A DNA stretch of 64,000 nt from assembly GCA_963664225.1 (NCBI GenBank), contig OY760937.1, positions 5,376,001-5,440,000 of the forward strand, written 5' to 3'. This document shows, piece after piece, positions 39,010 to 47,613 of the stretch. Position numbers and translations under genes: made by a program. The notes beneath the pieces are model-generated. The model was not told where the DNA came from. It ran no database searches and was given only the letters and a program-made list of their open reading frames with translations. Origin of the DNA: Verrucomicrobiia bacterium (GTDB lineage: Bacteria; Verrucomicrobiota; Verrucomicrobiia; Limisphaerales; UBA1319). Each line of letters starts with the position of its first letter. Positions within the stretch are counted from its first letter, which is position 1.

Positions 39010-41781
39010 ATGGCTAAAAGCACAAAATACGTTTACCTTTTTGGTAATAAAAAGGCCGATGGCAATGGCACGATGAAGGCCTTGCTGGGTGGTAAGGGCG
39101 CCAATCTGGCGGAAATGACCCGCATTGGGTTGCCTGTGCCTCCGGGGTTTACCATCAGCACCGAGGTTTGCACCTACTTCTACGACAACAAGAGGACATA
39201 TCCCAAGGATTTGCAGCCGCAGATCAAGGCGGGCGTTGCTCATTTGGAGAAGATTTTGGGCAAAAAGCTTGGCGATCTCAATAAGCCCTTGCTCGTGTCC
39301 GTTCGTTCCGGCGCCCGGGATTCGATGCCCGGCATGATGGATACGATTTTGAACCTCGGTTTGAACGATCAGACCGTCCAGGCGTTGGCCAAGGCCAGCA
39401 ATAACGAGCGCTTCGCGTGGGATTGTTATCGCCGGTTCGTTCAGATGTATGGGGATGTCGTCATGGGCGTGCAAAAACGGGCGGATGAACACCACGATCC
39501 ATTTGAAGCGGTGATCGAAAAACTGAAGGCTGAACTTTTCAAGGGTGACACACACACGGTTGACACCGCGATGGATGCCGCCGCCCTCAAGGAATTGGTC
39601 AAGCGTTTCAAGGCGTTGATCAAAGAGCGCACGGGCAAGGAATTTCCTTCCGATCCTTGGAAGCAACTCGAAGGTTCCATCGGCGCTGTGTTCGGTTCCT
39701 GGATGAACGACCGCGCGATCGTGTATCGCCGCAAATACGGCATTCCTCACGAGTGGGGAACCGCTGTCAACGTGCAGGCCATGGTGTATGGAAACACGGG
39801 TGAGGAATCGGGTTCGGGCGTGGCCTTCACGCGCGATCCGGCTTCGGGCGAAAAGGTGTTTTACGGTGAATTTCTGTTGAACGCCCAGGGCGAGGATGTG
39901 GTGGCCGGTATTCGCACCCCCATGCCGGTGGCCCGCCTCAACGATTACATGCCCAAGGCCTTCAAGGAATTGGAATCGATCCGCAAGACTCTCGAGAGCC
40001 ACTTCAAGGATGTGCAGGATTTCGAGTTCACCATCGAGAGCGGCGTGGTGTTCATGCTGCAAACTCGCAACGGAAAGCGCACCGGCCTCGCAGCTCTGCG
40101 ATTCGCCGTGGAGATGGAGAAGGAAAAACTGATCGACTGGCAGACCGCTGTTAAACGCGTGCCTGCGGAACAGTTGGACCAGGTGCTCGCGCCGATTTTC
40201 GATCGCACGGCCCTCAAGAACGCCAAGAACATTGCCAAGGGGCTTCCGGCGGGTCCAGGCGCTGCCTGCGGCAAAATTTACTTCAGCGGCGATCGCGCCG
40301 TGGAAGCCGCCCATAAGGGCGAGAAGGTGTTGCTCGTCCGCATGGAAACCTCCCCTGAGGACCTGCGCGGCATGATCGCTGCGGTGGGCATTCTGACCGC
40401 CCGTGGCGGTGTCAGTTCCCACGCGGCCCTCGTCGCCCGTCAGATGGGCAAAGTTTGCGTCTGCGGTGTGAGTTCCATCCAGATCGATTACGAGAAACGC
40501 ACAATGATGGTGGGCGATCTCGCCTTCAAGCAGGGCGACTATCTCTCCATCGACGGTACTTCAGGCGAAGTGTATGCGGGCGAAGTCAAAACCGCCGCTT
40601 CTGAAGTGGTCCAGGTGCTTGTGGAGAAATCCCTTGATCCCGCCAAGAGCGTAACCTACCAGAACTTCAAGAAATTGATGGATTGGTGCAGCAAGGCAAC
40701 CCGCCTGCAGGTGCGTACCAATGCGGATAATCCGGCTCAGACAGCCAATGCAGTCGCGTTTGGCGCCACGGGTATCGGCCTGTGCCGCACAGAGCACATG
40801 TTCTTCGAAGGCAATCGCATCGATGCCATGCGCGAAATGATTCTCGCGGGCAGCACGGAAGATCGCAAGAAAGCACTGGCCAAGGTTCTGCCTTATCAGC
40901 GCGAAGACTTCGTTGGCATGTTCAAGGAACTCAAAGGCCTCCCTGCCACCATCCGGTTCCTCGACCCACCGTTGCACGAGTTCCTGCCCCAATCCAAGGA
41001 GCAGCAGATGGATTTGTCCAAGAAATTGGGAATTCCTGTGGAAACGATCATGGCCCGCGTTGCGGAACTCCATGAATTCAACCCCATGCTCGGTTTCCGT
41101 GGTTGCCGTTTGGGCATCGTCTATTCGGAAATCTCGGAAATGCAGGCCCGTGCCGTGTTCGAAGCGGCTGCGGAAGTCCAGAAGCTGGGCATCAAGGTGA
41201 AACCCGAAATCATGATTCCCCTGGTCGGATTCAAGCGCGAGTTGGATCTCCAGGTGGCCGTGGTCAACACCGTGGCTCAAGAGGTCATGAAGGACAAGAA
41301 GGTCAAGCTGGCCTATATGGTCGGCACGATGATCGAAGTGCCTCGCGGTGCTTTGACCGCCGACGAAATCGCGCAAACCGCGCAATTCTTCAGCTTCGGC
41401 ACCAACGACCTTACCCAGACGACTCTGGGCATGAGCCGTGATGACTCCGGTTCTTTCCTGCCCAAATATCAGGAACTGGACATCATCAAGAGAAATGTCT
41501 TCGCGACCATTGATCAGGCTGGCGTCGGCCAGTTGATCAAGATCGCTGTGGAGAAGGGTCGCTCAACCCGGCCCGACATAAAGTTGGGCATCTGCGGCGA
41601 ACACGGTGGCGATCCCGAGTCGGTCAAGTTCTGCCATCGCGCAGGCCTCACCTACGTCAGTTGCTCGCCCTTCCGCGTTCCTGTGGCCCGTCTGGCCGCC
41701 GCGCAAGCTGCGATTGACGATGTCGCCAAGCCGACAGCCAAGAAGGCTGCCGCGAAGAAGCCCGTCGCCAAGAAGAAGTAA
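39010..41781 (+). CDS. ppdK: Pyruvate phosphate dikinase
   Basis: [35 protein letters not shown] (phospho-His), [37 protein letters not shown]. Confidence 0.98.
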   Translation: MAKSTKYVYLFGNKKADGNGTMKALLGGKGANLAEMTRIGLPVPPGFTISTEVCTYFYDNKRTYPKDLQPQIKAGVAHLEKILGKKLGDLNKPLLVSVRSGARDSMPGMMDTILNLGLNDQTVQALAKASNNERFAWDCYRRFVQMYGDVVMGVQKRADEHHDPFEAVIEKLKAELFKGDTHTVDTAMDAAALKELVKRFKALIKERTGKEFPSDPWKQLEGSIGAVFGSWMNDRAIVYRRKYGIPHEWGTAVNVQAMVYGNTGEESGSGVAFTRDPASGEKVFYGEFLLNAQGEDVVAGIRTPMPVARLNDYMPKAFKELESIRKTLESHFKDVQDFEFTIESGVVFMLQTRNGKRTGLAALRFAVEMEKEKLIDWQTAVKRVPAEQLDQVLAPIFDRTALKNAKNIAKGLPAGPGAACGKIYFSGDRAVEAAHKGEKVLLVRMETSPEDLRGMIAAVGILTARGGVSSHAALVARQMGKVCVCGVSSIQIDYEKRTMMVGDLAFKQGDYLSIDGTSGEVYAGEVKTAASEVVQVLVEKSLDPAKSVTYQNFKKLMDWCSKATRLQVRTNADNPAQTANAVAFGATGIGLCRTEHMFFEGNRIDAMREMILAGSTEDRKKALAKVLPYQREDFVGMFKELKGLPATIRFLDPPLHEFLPQSKEQQMDLSKKLGIPVETIMARVAELHEFNPMLGFRGCRLGIVYSEISEMQARAVFEAAAEVQKLGIKVKPEIMIPLVGFKRELDLQVAVVNTVAQEVMKDKKVKLAYMVGTMIEVPRGALTADEIAQTAQFFSFGTNDLTQTTLGMSRDDSGSFLPKYQELDIIKRNVFATIDQAGVGQLIKIAVEKGRSTRPDIKLGICGEHGGDPESVKFCHRAGLTYVSCSPFRVPVARLAAAQAAIDDVAKPTAKKAAAKKPVAKKK

Positions 41782-41852
41782 TTGCACGCCGACCCTGGAT
41801 TGAACCTGGGTTGGCGCATTCAGCGGTATTGTAATAAACCCGCAATAGTTAG

Positions 41853-41883
41853 AAAACCGCCCCGAACTCCGGGGCGGTTTTTT
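41853..41883 (+). terminator. Rho-independent terminator after ppdK
   Basis: AAAACCGCCCCG-aactc-CGGGGCGGTTTTTT perfect stem followed by a U tract. Confidence 0.9.
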
Positions 41884-42080
41884 CATTTGCGAAGGGCAGG
41901 GGAATTGCATGGGCGTTATGAACGAGGGACAATTTCGGTGCGTCCCAATCTCAACGAAGCGGTGGAGTCGTTCACGGGATGTGGGCAGTTTACCCATGAA
42001 TCCCGTTTGTTTGCATCGGGGAGATTGCTTTTTGTCTGGCAACCTTGACTGGGCGGCCGTGGATGTGCCACGGTCGGTCA

Positions 42081-43130
42081 ATGCCTCCAGATTCCGTCAG
42101 CAACGACGCGCAGGAAGTGCGGCAACGTCAGGCGATGAGTGTGTTCTACGCCTGTCTGACTTACACGGTGATACTCACCCTGATCTGGCTGTTTTTGTGC
42201 ATCACAGGAAAGGATGGGGGAATCTTCTTCGGAAAAGGGCAGGTTTCGCTCAAGCAGGTGATGGGACTGGTGGGGGGCATTGTCTTCTTTTGGATGATCT
42301 GGTCATATGCCTTCCATTGGTTGAAATACGGCCTGCTCAAAAGGCTGGGACTCAGTCGGGAGGAACTGAAGATGGTATTTGGCAACCGCCTGCATGCATT
42401 CGATCTTGAAGCCTTGCTCCAACGGCACTCCGAGAGGTCGATACGAATCATTGACATGATTGGCCGCCGCGGGCGCACAATCATATTGGTGATTACCAGC
42501 TTTGGCCTGGTTTATCTTCAGATTCGCCAGAATCCCACGTCAGACTCGCTCCTGCTCGGATTGCAATCCAGCCTCTTCGACGCCATGTTTCTGAACTGGT
42601 GGAACCTGCTGACTTTTCACAACAACGGCGTTCTCGGCCACATGACTTATGGAGCTCAGGCGCGGGTGCTGGATGGTGTCCTGGGCCGCGCCAATGCATT
42701 GTGCATCGCAACTTTGTGGAGCGGTTTTAAATTCGTCATGATTCCTCTGGCAGTGCCCCTGTCCGGGATTTATTCCCCAAAGACGTATGCCGTCGTCTAC
42801 GCTTTCATCTGGCTGTCCTATGCCGCGGCGGATTTCGCCTCCGAAATCTTTGGCTCACTCTGGGGACGGCATCGCATCCAGGTGTGGGGCCTGGGCGAGA
42901 TTAACCGCAAGTCCTGGACGGGCGTGGTTGCGGGATTCATCTGCGTCCTGGTGCTCAATGTGACGCTGGTTTATGTGCATCAACTCTCCGTCGCCTGGTT
43001 GGTTTTGGGTGTGTTGTTGGCGGTCACCAATCCACTGATTGAATTAATTTCTCCCCGGGGGACGGACGATTTCACCATGGCGACCTTTAACGCCGCTCTA
43101 TGCCTGGCCTATGGCTGGCTCGTGTTTTGA
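42081..43130 (+). CDS. Polytopic membrane protein with a C-terminal CTP-dependent kinase/cytidylyltransferase-like domain (phytol/dolichol kinase superfamily)
   Basis: ADFASEIFGSLWGRH...RKSWTG..AGF...IELISPRGTDD resembles the GD.xA..xG..xG...KS.xG...E.....DN signature. Confidence 0.5.
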   Translation: MPPDSVSNDAQEVRQRQAMSVFYACLTYTVILTLIWLFLCITGKDGGIFFGKGQVSLKQVMGLVGGIVFFWMIWSYAFHWLKYGLLKRLGLSREELKMVFGNRLHAFDLEALLQRHSERSIRIIDMIGRRGRTIILVITSFGLVYLQIRQNPTSDSLLLGLQSSLFDAMFLNWWNLLTFHNNGVLGHMTYGAQARVLDGVLGRANALCIATLWSGFKFVMIPLAVPLSGIYSPKTYAVVYAFIWLSYAAADFASEIFGSLWGRHRIQVWGLGEINRKSWTGVVAGFICVLVLNVTLVYVHQLSVAWLVLGVLLAVTNPLIELISPRGTDDFTMATFNAALCLAYGWLVF

Positions 43131-43159
43131 ATCGAACTCGAAGGCGTTCGTTGCTTTCC

Positions 43160-44077
43160 TCATTCGCCAATAGGGACGGATTGCGCCCAGGAACGCTCCG
43201 CAATTTCGGGACACTCCAAAAGACGCGATGAATTGAATGTGGGAACCGCCCATTCACGTATCCGATTTTCCACTTCGTCGATGGTCGCATCCAATGTGGA
43301 GGTGCCGGCGGTGATTCCGACGCAGTCCACGTTCGCAAACCACTCCTGTTTCATCCCAGCGGCATTTTCGACTTGGAAGACTCTGAGGCAATACTTTGCG
43401 CAGGTGGCTGCCAGCTCCCGGGTGTTATTACTGTTTGCGCCGCCGATGACAATGACGACTTCGGCCTGTTGTGCCAGGTCAACGGCTGCTGCCTGACGTT
43501 GTTTTGTCGGCTGGCACACCGTGTCGATGAATCTAATCTCCGAGGAGGGGAATTTGAGACGCAGCCGGTCCACCCAGTGGCGCACGCGTTCAATGGGATG
43601 AGTCGTTTGGGCAATGACTCCGTACTTTGGATGTTCCCGCACCTGTTCCAAATCCTGCTCGCTTTCGATCACATTGAATTGATCGAGATCTTCCGTCATT
43701 CCCCGCACCTCGACATGGGAGGCTTTACCGATAATTACGGGGTGGTATCCGTCCCGAAGGAGCGCGTTAACCGACCGATGGGCCAGTTTAACAAGCGGAC
43801 AGGTGGCATCCATCAACGTGAGGCCAAGATTCAATGCGTGGGTTGCGGCCTTGTTCGATGTGCCATGCGCCGTGATCATGGCATGGGAGGTGGCAACCTC
43901 TTCCGCGCTGTATTTTATGTCAATTCCCAGAGCGCGCAACCGGTTGAGCACTGTGGGATTGTGGACCAATTCGCCGAGGATGGTCAGGGGACGGATGGCG
44001 GCGGCGCGCGAGGCCAGGCGGATGGCATCGCGCACTCCAAAGCACATGCCCATGTGTTCAGCGCGTAAAATCTTCAT
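43160..44077 (-). CDS. ispH: 4-hydroxy-3-methylbut-2-enyl diphosphate reductase
   Basis: GMCFGVRDA, LVHNP, TAHG, DATCPLV, HVEVRG, AQTT, DTVC..T..RQ, GG.NSNN, GITAGTST. Confidence 0.93.
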   Translation of the reverse strand: MKILRAEHMGMCFGVRDAIRLASRAAAIRPLTILGELVHNPTVLNRLRALGIDIKYSAEEVATSHAMITAHGTSNKAATHALNLGLTLMDATCPLVKLAHRSVNALLRDGYHPVIIGKASHVEVRGMTEDLDQFNVIESEQDLEQVREHPKYGVIAQTTHPIERVRHWVDRLRLKFPSSEIRFIDTVCQPTKQRQAAAVDLAQQAEVVIVIGGANSNNTRELAATCAKYCLRVFQVENAAGMKQEWFANVDCVGITAGTSTLDATIDEVENRIREWAVPTFNSSRLLECPEIAERSWAQSVPIGE

Positions 44078-44118
44078 AAAATCGCGATCAAATGATGTTT
44101 ACGGGATACATTACAAAC

Positions 44119-44137
44119 TACTTTGCAATACAAAGTA
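44119..44137. promoter_or_regulatory. Palindromic operator upstream of ispH
   Basis: TACTTTG-caata-CAAAGTA perfect 7-bp inverted repeat. Confidence 0.65.
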
Positions 44138-44169
44138 TATGACCAGTATCAATCCGCAATGTTCAAAAT

Positions 44170-44481
44170 TTATTTTCGGGGTTTCGTCTGCTGCACGATG
44201 CTCTCCAGCAGATCGATGTACGCGAGGAACGCCTTGCGACCGGCTGGGGTCAGGGCGCATGTGGTCAGGGGCTTTTTGTGATGAAAAGATTTGGTTACGG
44301 CAACGTAGCCCGTTTCCTGAAGGGTTCGAATATGAACGCTCAGGTTGCCGTCGGTCATGCTCAAGGTATCCCGGATTTCGGTAAATGAGAGCTGATCCGA
44401 GGCGGCCAGCAGGGACATGATGGCCAGACGCCCTTTTTCATGGATGACACGATCGAGTTGAAGAAAAGTATCGGGATTCAC
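44170..44481 (-). CDS. Small winged-helix (HTH_34, ArsR/MarR-like) transcriptional regulator
   Basis: LDRVIHEKGRLAIMSLL...F.E....L.MTDGNLSVH...L...GYV...K.F...KP.T...LT..GR.AF..Y. Confidence 0.88.
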   Translation of the reverse strand: MNPDTFLQLDRVIHEKGRLAIMSLLAASDQLSFTEIRDTLSMTDGNLSVHIRTLQETGYVAVTKSFHHKKPLTTCALTPAGRKAFLAYIDLLESIVQQTKPRK

Positions 44482-44487
44482 ACGAGT

Positions 44488-45129
44488 TCAGGGAACTTCG
44501 AGATGTGATGGCGCCGATTTTTCTCCGGTGGCGTAAAGGTAAAGCCCGTAGGCCAGATGGAGTCCGCCAAAGGTGACGCCCATGACACCATGCGCGTAAT
44601 GAAGCGGGGGAACATTGGATAATCCGCTGACGACCAGGAACAATGTGCCCCCGGCCAGAATGAAAACCCAGGCGAATAGTTTGATCCCGCGCGGCATGAA
44701 GAAACCGGCCGCGTGCAGGGCGCATCCGTAAAATATCATCCACAAGGAGGGCAGCCACCACGCCTGAAGTGGATCGGACCAGCGCGGCAGAAAAAGTGCC
44801 ACTACTGTCAACAGCCCTGCAAAGAATGGCGGCAACACAGCCTGGGTGACGCGGCGTGTGGGAGGGGACCAGAACGCCTCCGCAGCCCTCAAGGCCTGGC
44901 GCCGAACCAATAGAAATGCCGCTGCGATACCCACAATGCAAATGGCGCTCCAGAAGAGCGCAAACATCCCGGGTGTGTCGAAATGAAGAAACCAGCCGAG
45001 GATGCCGCCAGCGATGCCCAGTAGACCCGAGGTCAACATGACTGGCGCCAGGGCGCGTCGATAAATGGTCGCGCGCTCCATGAGCGTGCGAATGACCTGC
45101 AAATGCTCAGTGGCCCAATTCGACTCCAT
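44488..45129 (-). CDS. Integral membrane protein co-transcribed with the regulator
   Basis: EHLQVIRTLMER N-terminus, about 6 TM helices, FGGLHLAYG; stops 6 nt before the regulator start. Confidence 0.75.
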   Translation of the reverse strand: MESNWATEHLQVIRTLMERATIYRRALAPVMLTSGLLGIAGGILGWFLHFDTPGMFALFWSAICIVGIAAAFLLVRRQALRAAEAFWSPPTRRVTQAVLPPFFAGLLTVVALFLPRWSDPLQAWWLPSLWMIFYGCALHAAGFFMPRGIKLFAWVFILAGGTLFLVVSGLSNVPPLHYAHGVMGVTFGGLHLAYGLYLYATGEKSAPSHLEVP

Positions 45130-45136
45130 GTAGCTC

Positions 45137-45164
45137 ACTTTATACTGCAAAGCAATTGTGTCAA
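45137..45164 (-). promoter_or_regulatory. sigma70-like promoter overlapped by a second operator copy
   Basis: Minus strand TTGACA-N16-TAAAGT ending 7 nt before the ATG at 45129; ACTTT-atactgc-AAAG at 45137..45152. Confidence 0.55.
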
Positions 45165-45258
45165 GAAGAGGATTAAGAAATGGAGGTTTTCGATTTCAGA
45201 AACGGCCATTTGGCACAGAATTGAGGCGGCATTTGCCGGAGGGAAGGGGCGAGTAGTG

Positions 45259-46002
45259 TCACGGAATTTGTTTTTTTACCTCGATCCATTTTGGCCCGAA
45301 CAAACGAAGCGTTTCAAACGCTGTTTGCCAGTCGGTCAGGACGGGCATGGAATAGCGGACGAATTGTTTGGTGCGTATTGATGGTACGCGATTCATGACA
45401 CTTTGAACGAACTGATTCGCCGCCAAAAATCGATTCGCGTGAATCCAGGCGGCTTCAGGGGATGCCGGTTTGCTGGTTTGAAAACGCCATGATTCCTGAA
45501 ATGGTTTTCCGCCGATGAGCGTCGCCCAGACCACCAATTGTCGGACAGCGCCTCCTGGGGTTTCAAAAGCGCGACATTCAAAATCCAGATTGGTTGTTCC
45601 AAACTGGATGGCCATCTTCTCCGGCTGCCCAAGGTTCACTGGTTGCCATCCGGCCTTCACCCAGCAAAGGTCTGGCGTGTGTTGTACGACGGAAAGGCTT
45701 TTCCCATCGGAACCGCTCCAGTCGGCAAAAAAAACGCGTATTTCCTCGGAATTGGTTCCCGTAAATGTGCCGCTTATCAAATTCGTCGTTGCCAGCGCTC
45801 CCTGTTCGTTGGGTGAGATGGGTTCGATTCGAAAATCGTAACCTGCGATAGAAGACCGAGTTTCAAAGCGTATGGTGGATTGGCGTGCAATTGCGCTTGA
45901 ACGAAACCACGCGGAAGCTCCGCCGATGCAGACCAGAAAGATCAACACAAACGCCCAAGGCAGCCTTTGAGGCCGGACTGATGGGCGATTTGGAGAAAGC
46001 AT
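45259..46002 (-). CDS. EpsI-family (exosortase-associated, DUF3485-like) protein
   Basis: N-terminal TM helix; HTPDLCWVKAGW matches the H.P..C....GW motif. Confidence 0.75.
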   Translation of the reverse strand: MLSPNRPSVRPQRLPWAFVLIFLVCIGGASAWFRSSAIARQSTIRFETRSSIAGYDFRIEPISPNEQGALATTNLISGTFTGTNSEEIRVFFADWSGSDGKSLSVVQHTPDLCWVKAGWQPVNLGQPEKMAIQFGTTNLDFECRAFETPGGAVRQLVVWATLIGGKPFQESWRFQTSKPASPEAAWIHANRFLAANQFVQSVMNRVPSIRTKQFVRYSMPVLTDWQTAFETLRLFGPKWIEVKKQIP

Positions 46003-46136
46003 CTAAAAACAGGGAAATGGTGGAGTTCGATTTGCGAGCCTTCTTTCAAGCTGACGCCATCAAAGCCAATCCATTGAAAACGCCTGGCCATCGTGATTCG
46101 AGGCCAGGCAGAATTCCACATTATTGGGGTCAATCA

Positions 46137-47423
46137 TTAGGCGCGCCAGACTTGATCGGGCTTGACCTTTGCTTTACTCATCGCATTGCGTGTATCGACG
46201 ATGCACGGGGACCAATCGGCCAGTTCCTGGTAATTAATGACATCGTGGCCTGTGGCGATGACGACCGCGTCAAACGAGGAAATGGTTTTCTTATCCCAAG
46301 TCACAGATTTTATTCCCGCCCAATGCGGATGCTCGCGGGTTGGGCGAATGATGGGCACATAGGGATCATAGTACGATACCTCCGCACCGTGCTTTTTGAA
46401 CAGTTCAAGCAGAGTATAGCTTGGAGATTCGCGGTCATCGTCCACGTTGGGTTTGTAGGCCAGGCCAATGATAAGCACCCGGCTGCCATTGGCGGCTTTT
46501 CGGAAGAAATTAAGGGCGTCCGTGGTACGGTGAACCACATATTCAGGCATGCCCGTGTTGATTTCACCCGCCAACTCGATGAACCGGGTCGCCTGCCCGT
46601 ATTCCCGCGCTTTCCATGTCAGATAAAATGGATCGATGGGAATGCAATGGCCGCCCAAACCGGGACCCGGATAGAATGGCATGAAACCAAAAGGCTTGGT
46701 CTTTGCGGCGTTGATGACCTCGTAAATGTCGATGTCCATCGCGCTGTAAACGATTTTCAATTCGTTGACCAGGGCGATGTTGACGCACCTGAAGATATTC
46801 TCCAACAGCTTGGTCGCCTCCGCAGCCCGGCAGGAGGATACGGGAACCACTGTCTTGATGGCCAGGCCGTAAAGAGCCTTGGCTTTTTCCAGGCACGCGG
46901 GAGTGAGTCCGCCGACGACTTTGGGTATATCCGCCACCTGGCTTTTCGGGTTGCCCGGGTCTTCACGCTCCGGCGAAAAGGCGAGATGAAAATCGACGCC
47001 AGCCTTGAGCCCCGAGCCGCTTTCAAGCACCAGGCGCAAATCTTCGTCCGTCGTGCCGGGATAGGTGGTGGATTCCAGCACCACTAGAATCCCCTTATGC
47101 AGATGCGGGGCAATCGCTTTGCCGGTATCAATGATGTAGGAAATATCAGGCTCGCGATTCTTGTTTAGCGGGGTCGGAACACAAATGATGATCGCGTCCA
47201 AATCGCGGATCTTTGAGAAATCCGTGGAGGCGGAAAACTTCTTCGCGGTCAATTGCTCTTTTATCGCCTCGGATGGAATGTGGCGAATATAACTCCGGCC
47301 TTGGTTGAGCGCTTCGACTTTTGATGTATCAATGTCCAAACCAATAACTTGCGTGCCAGAGCGCGCAAATTGGAGAGATAAAGGAAGACCTACATAACCT
47401 AATCCTACAATGGCAATGTGCAT
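46137..47423 (-). CDS. Nucleotide-sugar (UDP-GlcNAc/ManNAc-type, WbpA/WecC-like) 6-dehydrogenase
   Basis: GLGYVGLP, ICVPTP, ESTTYPGTT, FSPEREDPG, KLLENIFR, GGHCIPIDP, AYKPNVDD.RESP. Confidence 0.93.
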   Translation of the reverse strand: MHIAIVGLGYVGLPLSLQFARSGTQVIGLDIDTSKVEALNQGRSYIRHIPSEAIKEQLTAKKFSASTDFSKIRDLDAIIICVPTPLNKNREPDISYIIDTGKAIAPHLHKGILVVLESTTYPGTTDEDLRLVLESGSGLKAGVDFHLAFSPEREDPGNPKSQVADIPKVVGGLTPACLEKAKALYGLAIKTVVPVSSCRAAEATKLLENIFRCVNIALVNELKIVYSAMDIDIYEVINAAKTKPFGFMPFYPGPGLGGHCIPIDPFYLTWKAREYGQATRFIELAGEINTGMPEYVVHRTTDALNFFRKAANGSRVLIIGLAYKPNVDDDRESPSYTLLELFKKHGAEVSYYDPYVPIIRPTREHPHWAGIKSVTWDKKTISSFDAVVIATGHDVINYQELADWSPCIVDTRNAMSKAKVKPDQVWRA

Positions 47424-47613
47424 AGTATTATACCAAAATGATCGCAGTTTCCCAAGATTACGTCTGGACAACGTTAAACCAGTTACGGGCTAAAAATAAC
47501 CGGTAAAAGTTTAAACACAAACACAAATTGGATGTTGAATGAGTTGGCGGATTGTGGATTGGCTCGGCTGTTTTCGCGCCGAAGGTTCAACTCCCAATGG
47601 ATCAAGTTCGGGC

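Noticed and set aside
38944..40422. 492-aa ORF antisense to ppdK (also 40561..41385)
   Set aside because: Shadow ORFs caused by strong codon bias in a conserved gene; no motifs.
4715..45164. Lineage-specific 16-bp promoter spacing
   Set aside because: Three candidates have N16, but those before sucC and 53372 fit N18; too few sites, and picked by eye.
45210..45224. sigma54-like TGGCACAGAATTGA
   Set aside because: Spacing is off by one, there is no GC at -12, and no plus-strand gene lies downstream.
45885..47087. 400-aa ORF antisense to the nucleotide-sugar dehydrogenase (likewise 26226..27320 and 62847..63923)
   Set aside because: They lie largely opposite well-supported genes and have no independent coding evidence.
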